From the NCBI GenBank assembly GCA_963663275.1, contig OY760183.1:1728001-1792000 (forward strand): 64,000 nt of DNA. The letters run 5' to 3'. Source of the DNA: Chloroflexota bacterium (GTDB lineage Bacteria; Chloroflexota; UBA11872; VXOZ01). Every line of letters begins with the position of its first letter. Position 1 is the stretch's first letter. The notes beneath the pieces were generated by a model. That model saw nothing but the letters and a program-made list of their open reading frames with translations, was not told the DNA's origin and did no database searches. The position numbers and the translations under genes were made by a program. This document shows positions 57,069-64,000 of this stretch, piece after piece.

Positions 57069-57326
57069 CTAGCGCGGCACTAGCTCAAGCGCCACCACTA
57101 CCACAGTGAGCAAGCCGGCCGCCGCGAAGACCATTGCGCCAAAGCGTATCGTCAAGTCCCGCGCCAGTAGTTCCAAGCGAGCGTCCATGCGTTGCTCCAG
57201 CGATTCCGAGCGGGCAACCATGCGAAGTTCCAACGCATCCAATTCAGCTTTGAACGCTTGGGCGAACGCATCTAAGTCAGCCTTCGTAGCTTGCGAGTAT
57301 GCATCCAGGTCGGCTTTGGTCGGCAA
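57069..57326 (-). CDS. small coiled-coil protein with C-terminal TM (DUF1640-like)
   Basis: TTG after GAGGAG; 11-aa TKADLDA repeats; LTIRFGAM then TM. Confidence 0.6.
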   Translation of the reverse strand: MPTKADLDAYSQATKADLDAFAQAFKAELDALELRMVARSESLEQRMDARLELLARDLTIRFGAMVFAAAGLLTVVVVALELVPR

Positions 57327-57659
57327 GGCGTCTTGCTCCTCTCGTGCGCTTGCGATGCGGGAATTGTTGGATGAAGAGAGGATAAGAATGCTGTACTCTA
57401 CTCTAGCAGATTCACGGGCGCGTGTCTCTTTTGTGAGCCGTCCGGAGAGAGTCACCGGCGCCGTGATTCGCGAGATTCCCAGAGACTCAATGCGCGATGG
57501 GATTGTGTACCGCTTCGCGCGCGGCGCGGTATCTCAAGGCGTTGCTTCGAATGCGGCAGCCGTGTAGGTTCACCCTTTGAACGGTAAGGTCTATGGCCGA
57601 TTCTATTCCGCAAACGCACTGAGAGTCGAGAATGCATTAGTTCAAGAGAGGGTTGTGAG

Positions 57660-57938
57660 ATGGCAGAGAAGATCATGACGTTGCATCCAGCGGGTAAGGC
57701 CGGTGTGAACATTGATAGGGGAAAGTACGATACGGTCCGGGAGGCGATTCTGCAATCGCTCCACGAACACGGCACGCTGACGTTCGGCGACCTGACCGAG
57801 GAGGTGCGCGGGAAGCTGGAAGGGACGTTCGCGGGGTCGATCTCGTGGTACGTGACCACGGTGAAGCTCGACCTGGAAGCCCGCGGCGAGATCGCGCGGG
57901 TGCCCAAGAGCCGCCCCCAGCGGCTGGGGCTCGCGTAG
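57660..57938 (+). CDS. small conserved protein (DUF6958-like)
   Basis: LHPAGKAGVNI..KY and SWYVTTVKLDLEARG pattern. Confidence 0.7.
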   Translation: MAEKIMTLHPAGKAGVNIDRGKYDTVREAILQSLHEHGTLTFGDLTEEVRGKLEGTFAGSISWYVTTVKLDLEARGEIARVPKSRPQRLGLA

Positions 57939-57943
57939 GGAGA

Positions 57944-58092
57944 TCTGACAGAGGTATGTACGTGTCATTCCGAACGGAGAGAGGAATCTAAAGCACAGCC
58001 CTGCAAATCCAGCAATTCCAGATTCCTCTCTCCGCTCCGCTCCGTTCGGAATGACATGCTAAGCCGAGTGTAGATTGTCTACCCGTGTCAGC
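57944..58092. mobile_element. 149-bp MITE-like element, copy 5
   Basis: TCTGACAGAGGTA / TACCCGTGTCAGC ends, same inner palindrome; target duplication unclear. Confidence 0.65.
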
Positions 58093-58180
58093 CGGGGAGA
58101 GGGGTGATCTCTTGCCAGGGAAAGGGGTAATCTCTTGCCGGGGAGAGGGGAGAATCTCTTGCCAGGGAGAGAGGGTAATC
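58091..58180. repeat. four 23-24 bp tandem units GCC(A/G)GGGAGAGGGGTAATCTCTT
   Basis: Units at 58091, 58114, 58137 and 58161. Confidence 0.85.
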
Positions 58181-58242
58181 CGGCCACGGAGTTAGAGTGG
58201 CGCCCCCTGGCCGCGCGGGGTGGGGGGCGCGCCGGTTAAGCG

Positions 58243-58282
58243 CACACAGTCGCGGATCTCTTGATCCGCGACTGTGTGTTTT
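58243..58282. terminator. 16-bp perfect hairpin between convergent genes
   Basis: CACACAGTCGCGGATC-TCTT-GATCCGCGACTGTGTG followed by TTTT. Confidence 0.75.
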
Positions 58283-58346
58283 CGGCTACGTTGCTGAAGC
58301 CGGCGTCTTGCGAGTCACGCGCCGTGACCCAGCGCCGTTGGTCGAT

Positions 58347-59789
58347 CTACGGCCAAGAGCCGAGCTTCTCGCGGATGATCTTGAGGCCGTCGTCCACGAT
58401 TGCCTGCATGGTCGGCTGGATTTCCTTGAGGAACGTCGCCGCGTCCTGCTCGCCGGTCCAGAGCCTGGCGTCGCCAATGTCGTTCAGCAGCGTCGTCACC
58501 TGGCCGCTTGTGGGCAAGGAGCCGACGTTCCACTGCGGGACGGCCGTGGCGAGCGCGTCCTGGGCCACCGAGATGCGCGGGTTGCTGTAACCCTGGAACG
58601 CCTCATTGATGAACGGCTCGATCTCGGGGATCCACGCCGGGATACGGCGCACGAACTTGCCGAGGCGGCCTTCATGCAGCAGCCAAGCCATGTAGTCAAA
58701 GGCCGGTTCGCGCTTTTCGCTGCCGTAAACCAAACCGAGCTTGTGCTGGTTGGCGTCCGGCGTCGAGCGCACCACGCGCGGCATGGGCGCCATCACGAAG
58801 TCCACGCCCTGCTCCAGCGCCTTGTCGGCGTAGGTGAGGGGCAGACTGCGCGGCGCGGAGATCATCAACGGCACCTGGCCGCTGAGGAACGGATTCTGGC
58901 CGCCGAAGTACGTGTTGTTGCGATCGGCCTGCGGCGGAATCACCTGGTGCTTGTGGATCAGGTCGAAGAAACTCGTGTAGCAGTCGATCATCGCTTCAGA
59001 GTCGCAGGTGGCCGTCGTCAGGTCCTGCGACACCCAGCTACACTCGTCGCCCCAGAGCAATTGCCAGGAGCACCAGTCGTGCGCGTGGTTGCCCATCGCC
59101 CACTGGCTTACCTGGTCGCCCTCGAACTTGCGCAGCTTGACCATCACGTCGAGCCACTCGTCCCACGTCCACGAGTTCGCCACGTCGGCCGACGGATAGT
59201 CGAGACCCGCCGCCTCGAAGTAGTTGGGGTTGATCATGACCACGTGGGCGTTGCCGCCGTGGCCCATGGGCAGCAGATAGACCTGCCCCTGGAACATGGC
59301 GTCGCGCTCGAGGAGATTCGGGTTGTAGACGCTCAGGTCGAGACCGCGCGCCTTGACCAGATCGTCCATGTTCTGGGCGAGGTCCTGCATCACCTGCGCG
59401 AAAGCGCGGCGCGGGAACTCGGAGATGTCCGGCGGGATGCCGCCGGCCTGCATGGTCTTGATCTTGGCCACGCGGTCGGCCGTGCCGCCCACCTGCGAAA
59501 CGAGCTCGATGGTCGTGCCCTCGTTCTCGGCGATGTAGGGGTCGGCCATGTTCTGCATGAACTCTTGCTCGAGCTCGGTCGGCACCTTGAGGAAAGCGAC
59601 GATGTTGACGCTTTCGGCTTCCTGCGGCTGGGCCGCTTCCTTCTGCTCCGGCTCGGCCGGCTTCTCTTCCATCGTGCCGGAGTCCGCCGGCGCGGCTCCG
59701 CCGCAGGCGGCAAAGACTACGGACGACGCCCCCACCATGGCCGAGCCTGCCAATAGGCGACGTCGGGACAGTAACTTGCTATCGAGCAT
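58347..59789 (-). CDS. ABC extracellular solute-binding lipoprotein (Tat)
   Basis: SRRRLL, FAAC lipobox, WTWDEW; SD GGAGG. Confidence 0.85.
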   Translation of the reverse strand: MLDSKLLSRRRLLAGSAMVGASSVVFAACGGAAPADSGTMEEKPAEPEQKEAAQPQEAESVNIVAFLKVPTELEQEFMQNMADPYIAENEGTTIELVSQVGGTADRVAKIKTMQAGGIPPDISEFPRRAFAQVMQDLAQNMDDLVKARGLDLSVYNPNLLERDAMFQGQVYLLPMGHGGNAHVVMINPNYFEAAGLDYPSADVANSWTWDEWLDVMVKLRKFEGDQVSQWAMGNHAHDWCSWQLLWGDECSWVSQDLTTATCDSEAMIDCYTSFFDLIHKHQVIPPQADRNNTYFGGQNPFLSGQVPLMISAPRSLPLTYADKALEQGVDFVMAPMPRVVRSTPDANQHKLGLVYGSEKREPAFDYMAWLLHEGRLGKFVRRIPAWIPEIEPFINEAFQGYSNPRISVAQDALATAVPQWNVGSLPTSGQVTTLLNDIGDARLWTGEQDAATFLKEIQPTMQAIVDDGLKIIREKLGSWP

Positions 59790-59871
59790 TGCGCTACCTC
59801 CTTCTTGATACAAACAGAACAGCGCTGCCGGCGCGCAATTCGCGCCGGCGCCACCCCAGATAGCTGGGGCA

Positions 59872-59900
59872 ATTCTATTGTGTATGCCTGAGTCTGTCAA
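59872..59900 (-). promoter_or_regulatory. near-consensus sigma70 promoter
   Basis: TTGACA-17 bp-TAGAAT. Confidence 0.8.
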
Positions 59901-60020
59901 GTGTGCGCTGCAACGAAATTTGTAGCACCAGACTTCGTAGCTTTACAGTGCTGTGTTTCTGTCATTCCGAGCGCAGCGAGGAATCTATAGTCCCCGCACA
60001 CGAGATTCTTCGTCGCTGCG

Positions 60021-60090
60021 CTCCTCAGAATGACAGATGGCTGCTCTCCTCAGAATGACAGATGGCTGCTCTCCTCAGAATGACAGATGG
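60021..60090. repeat. three 25-bp tandem units CTCCTCAGAATGACAGATGGCTGCT at the end of a GTCATT..AATGAC palindrome (59960-60035)
   Basis: Units at 60021, 60046 and 60071. Confidence 0.9.
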
Positions 60091-60497
60091 AGAAGCCGCC
60101 TTGGGTGTCGCCGCGAGCGACAATCTGCTTGTCTCCGCAAAGTAAGTCCGAATCTACTAAAGCCGCGCTGCAATGCGGCGCGGCCGCTCGTAAATTGCGT
60201 TTGAAGCGTGTGTCAAGGGGGTCTGATGACAATTCCCGTTAAACGTGCTATATATCCTTATACCATCACCGCTTACGCGGTTAATGGACAGTGTGACTAT
60301 GCTGCGGTGTCGCGGTAAGGAGGGGGAAGCGCGCAGACGCTCAGCAAACGCGGTACGCTCTCGCGTCTTGCGGTGGCGCATTTGCGCTGGTTGCGAAGTG
60401 AGCGAGAGCGTCTTGTGCCGGTATGCTGCGGCATACGGCCAACGGGGCTTGTCCCCGCGAATTGAGAGTGAGAGATCAGGAGCTAAGGAGTACGAAA

Positions 60498-61892
60498 GTG
60501 TCCAAGGATCTAACGCGACGTACCTTTCTCGGCGGCAGCGCGGCGGTCGGTACCGGCCTGCTGCTGGCGGCCTGCGGGCAAGCCATGCCCGCAGCTACGC
60601 CCGCAGAGGGTGAAGCTCCGGCGGCTGAGGAAGAGGCCAAGTCGGCTGAGCAGCCCAAAGCTGCAGAGCAGAAGACGGTGCGCTACCTCCATTACACCAC
60701 TACGCAGGCGGTGTGGGACGAAAGCTTCGGCGGGCTCTTCGATACGTTCCGGGCGCAGAACCCCGACGTCAACCTTGAGGTGGACCCGGTTACCGGCGGT
60801 TTCAACGTGCTCATCGATAAGGCCGTGGCGTCGTTTGCCGGCGGCATCGTCTTCGATGTCTATTACGGCCACTTTTCCTACATCAGCCAGTTCGCGACGG
60901 CAGAGATGATCCAGTCGCTGGAGCCGTTCTTGTCGGCAGACCCCGAGGTCAGCAAGGGCGACTACCACGTCTGGGCCACTGAGCGCATCCAGGGCCAAGT
61001 GTACAGTATTGCCTGGTTCACGAACGGCAAAGAGTATTGGTACAACGCCGATCTCTACGTCGAGGCCGGCCTCAAGACGCCCAAGGAGCATGAAGCCGAG
61101 GGCACGTGGACCTGGGATACCGCGCTGGAAGGCGCAAAGAAGCTGACGAAGGTAGAGGGCAATAACGTCACGCAGTGGGGTTTGTTCACGCCCTCTTACT
61201 CATTCGGCTGGCACTGGATCCACCTGATGGCGTGGGGCGCGACGTGGTGGAACGATGACTTCTCCGCACCGGCCATGCTCACACAGGAGTTTGCCGAGGG
61301 CACGCAGTTTGCCGTGGACTTGGTAACGAAGCACCGCGTCATGCGCAGTCGCAGCGCCCCGAGTGAGGACGATGTGGCGCCTGACTTCAACACGGAACTC
61401 TTGGCGGCCCGCACCTGGGGTTCGTACGGCACGCGGACGATCCAAGAGAAGATCATGTCCCAGGAGGAACCGTTCACGGTAGAGATGGAAATGCTGCCGA
61501 AAGGCCCGGCCGGACGCCAGATCGTGCAGTCCATCAACGCGAATTGGATCTCCAGTTCGTCGGAGCATCCGGACAGCGCCTGGGACTTCTACAAGTTCTG
61601 GCTGAGCCAGGAAGGCCAAAGTTTCATCGTGCCGCTGGGCGGTGGACGCTACGTAGCGAACAAGAACTTCGAGGGCTTTACGGTCTACGACTACGAAGAC
61701 CCCGCAGTCTACGCGCATGCTGCCGAGATCAGCGTGGAGCAGCGCCAGGTGGTGAAGCAGTCCGACGTCAACTCGGCATGGTCCGAGAACTGGGCAGCTT
61801 TGGAGCAAGGGACCAAGACGGTCCAGGAGGTCCAGGAAGAAATGCAGAAGGTTGCCGAGAACGCGCTGCGCGAGGGCGGCTGCCTCTGCTAG
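60498..61892 (+). CDS. ABC extracellular solute-binding lipoprotein (Tat)
   Basis: TRRTFL, LAAC lipobox, WTWD, LPKGPAG; GTG after AAGGAG. Confidence 0.87.
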   Translation: MSKDLTRRTFLGGSAAVGTGLLLAACGQAMPAATPAEGEAPAAEEEAKSAEQPKAAEQKTVRYLHYTTTQAVWDESFGGLFDTFRAQNPDVNLEVDPVTGGFNVLIDKAVASFAGGIVFDVYYGHFSYISQFATAEMIQSLEPFLSADPEVSKGDYHVWATERIQGQVYSIAWFTNGKEYWYNADLYVEAGLKTPKEHEAEGTWTWDTALEGAKKLTKVEGNNVTQWGLFTPSYSFGWHWIHLMAWGATWWNDDFSAPAMLTQEFAEGTQFAVDLVTKHRVMRSRSAPSEDDVAPDFNTELLAARTWGSYGTRTIQEKIMSQEEPFTVEMEMLPKGPAGRQIVQSINANWISSSSEHPDSAWDFYKFWLSQEGQSFIVPLGGGRYVANKNFEGFTVYDYEDPAVYAHAAEISVEQRQVVKQSDVNSAWSENWAALEQGTKTVQEVQEEMQKVAENALREGGCLC

Positions 61893-62036
61893 CCTGTTTA
61901 CGCGCCGATCGGCGGCATGCTTGTCCGCAATACCGCGTAGGGGCACGACACGTCGTGCCCCTACGCGGTATTATGTGCATGGAGGGAGAGCAACGGCTCT
62001 CTCAGACATGCATTGAAGTGGGCCGGGAGGGATACC

Positions 62037-62855
62037 GTGGCAACCGAAAGGACGACGGCGTTGCGTCTCTTGGGCACGCATTGGGCGACGCCGAATTTGC
62101 AGGACGCCGGTTGGGTAGAGGAAGAGTTCAATCTCAACCCGGCGGAGACCGGCTTCGTGGCGCTCCATCTCTGGAACATGGGCGACGTGAACGGGCCGTC
62201 CGTGCCGGATGGCTACTTTGTGGACATGGGCACGCTGGAGAACCAGGGTGAGTCCGTGCGGATTGCCGACAACTATATCCGCCCGGCGATTGACGCGGCC
62301 CGCGCGGCGGGTATGCAGATCTTCCACGTGGAGCCCGGGAACATCGCCATGAAGTACGACTCGGTCCACTACATGCTGGAAGACGAGGACGTGAACCCGC
62401 CGCCCGGCCCGCCGCGCCCGCCGGAGGCCAACCCGGGCTGGAACGTAGAGCGCGCCGACCGCAGCCACGGCGCCGGCTACCGCGATTGGGAAGGCTGGCA
62501 GCAGATGCGCATCATCCAGTCCTGCGACGCCGAGCCCGGCGACCAGGTGATCCTCACCAGCGCCCAGTTCGACCGCATCTGCCGCAGCAAGGGCATCAAG
62601 AACCTGATCTACACCGGCTTTGCCACGAATATGTGCATCCTGGGCTCCGCCGGCGCTACCCAACCTATGCTCGGCTACGGCTATAAGGTCTTCCTCATCC
62701 GCGAGGCCACGCTGGCGGTGGAGTATCCGGATACATTCCCCGAGCGGCTGATGACGCGGTCGGCCCTCAAGTATTTCCAACAAGCGGTGGGCGATACAGT
62801 CGGGTACGAACAGTTCATCGAGGCGTGTCAAGCGGTTACGGCAACTCGAGGGTAG
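62037..62855 (+). CDS. isochorismatase-like cysteine hydrolase
   Basis: ARAAGMQIFHV, LIYTGFATNMC and GYKVFLIREAT motifs. Confidence 0.75.
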   Translation: MATERTTALRLLGTHWATPNLQDAGWVEEEFNLNPAETGFVALHLWNMGDVNGPSVPDGYFVDMGTLENQGESVRIADNYIRPAIDAARAAGMQIFHVEPGNIAMKYDSVHYMLEDEDVNPPPGPPRPPEANPGWNVERADRSHGAGYRDWEGWQQMRIIQSCDAEPGDQVILTSAQFDRICRSKGIKNLIYTGFATNMCILGSAGATQPMLGYGYKVFLIREATLAVEYPDTFPERLMTRSALKYFQQAVGDTVGYEQFIEACQAVTATRG

Positions 62856-62954
62856 ACTCGTACGATAAACGTCGGTAACGCGAACAGGCCCGCGAGTGCG
62901 GGCCACTTCAGGATTGGCAAGTCTATTGCAGTCAGACAAGGGAGTTGGACGCAA

Positions 62955-64000
62955 ATGCGACGGAGAACCGGCAAGCGCATCGCAAGTTTAGTGTGGGCCT
63001 GGTTTCTGGCTCTGGTGCTTATCCTGGCAGCAGCGTGCGGCGGTGATGACGAGAGGGATGTGACGCCGTCCGACGAACCTGCGGCGCCGCAGGCGGTGAT
63101 TCGTGTCGTGACGACGTCGAATATTCTCGCGGACTGGGCTAGAGTGATCGGTGGCGATCACGTTGAAGTGGTCAGCCTGATGCCGGTTGACGTCGACCCT
63201 CATACCTTCCAGCCCGGACCCCGGGACGCCGCGCAGATTGCGGAAGCGGATGTGATTCTGGCAGTCGGACTGGGCATGGAGGGATTCTGGCTGGAAGACC
63301 TGCTGCGCAGTTTGGCGCGGGACCCGGGCATCGTATTGGCCTTGGGCGACTCAATAGACCCAATCCACTCCCACGCCGACGATGAAACTGCCAACGATGA
63401 AGACCACGAACATGATGAAGACGAAGACGAGCATGCCGACGACGAAGAGAATGGGCATGACGAAGACGATGCTGAGCATGCCGACGATGAAGAGGATGGG
63501 CATGACGAAGACGATGACGAGCATGCCGACGACGAAGACCACGAACATGATGAAGACGGAGACGAGCACGCCGACGACGAAGAGAACGGGCATGACGAAG
63601 ACGATGACGAGCATGCCGACGACGAAGACCACGAACACGATGAAGATGAAGACGAGCATGCCGATGACGAAGAAGAAGATCACGCCGACGAGGAAGATGC
63701 GCACGGACACGTCCACGGTCCTGAGAACCCGCACTTCTGGTTCGACCCCATCCGCGTGATGAGCGCCGTCAATGCAATAGCGGCGCGGTTTTCAAAGCTG
63801 GATCCTGCGCATGCCGACGTCTACTTCACAAACGCGGCTGCGTACAATGAAGAACTCGATGAACTGCACCACTGGATCGAGGATCAGGTCAACCAAGTGC
63901 CTCAGGATCGCCGATTTCTCGTAACCTCTCATGACAGCTTCCGCTACTTTGCCGAACGCTACGGATTCGAGGTGTTGGGTGTGATCCTGGGTGTAACGAC
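62955..64000 (+). CDS. ZnuA/TroA-family metal ABC substrate-binding lipoprotein with long His/Asp/Glu loop (runs off the window)
   Basis: LAAAC lipobox, VVTTSNIL, DPHTFQP, NPHFWFDP and HDSFRYFAERYG motifs. Confidence 0.9.
   Translation, partial: MRRRTGKRIASLVWAWFLALVLILAAACGGDDERDVTPSDEPAAPQAVIRVVTTSNILADWARVIGGDHVEVVSLMPVDVDPHTFQPGPRDAAQIAEADVILAVGLGMEGFWLEDLLRSLARDPGIVLALGDSIDPIHSHADDETANDEDHEHDEDEDEHADDEENGHDEDDAEHADDEEDGHDEDDDEHADDEDHEHDEDGDEHADDEENGHDEDDDEHADDEDHEHDEDEDEHADDEEEDHADEEDAHGHVHGPENPHFWFDPIRVMSAVNAIAARFSKLDPAHADVYFTNAAAYNEELDELHHWIEDQVNQVPQDRRFLVTSHDSFRYFAERYGFEVLGVILGVT

Noticed and set aside
63351-63759. Met/Thr/Lys-rich and Val/Phe-rich repeat ORFs
   Set aside because: Alternative frames of the His/Asp/Glu loop of the ZnuA-like gene.

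Overview
GC-rich bacterial chromosomal segment, probably Chloroflexota (inferred from GreA with an extra N-terminal domain, a large acidic beta-prime insert and several Tat-lipoprotein solute-binding proteins). Core genes: nagB, rsmG, lepB, radC, greA, tRNA-Leu(CAG), an aminotransferase, acnA, split transketolase, proS, pdhABC-lpdA, dtd, rpoBC, secA and rpsO. Accessory genes: a Gfo/Idh/MocA-rich catabolic cluster, two tandem PaREP1/HEPN-like genes, a DNA methyltransferase with a probable restriction-enzyme remnant, orphan solute-binding proteins and a ZnuA-like protein cut by the window end. The most unusual signal is non-coding. There are at least five families of REP-like palindromes and a 148-149 bp MITE-like element (5 copies) with target duplications, an invertible inner palindrome and a variable loop. 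REP-derived sequence sits in frame inside rpoC and probably secA, and short tandem arrays grow from REP ends. Also noted: a candidate 151-nt C-rich small RNA upstream of rpsO, an ACG start and membrane-domain fusion in lepB, and a frameshift in rsmG. All calls are by eye from sequence; no database searches were run.
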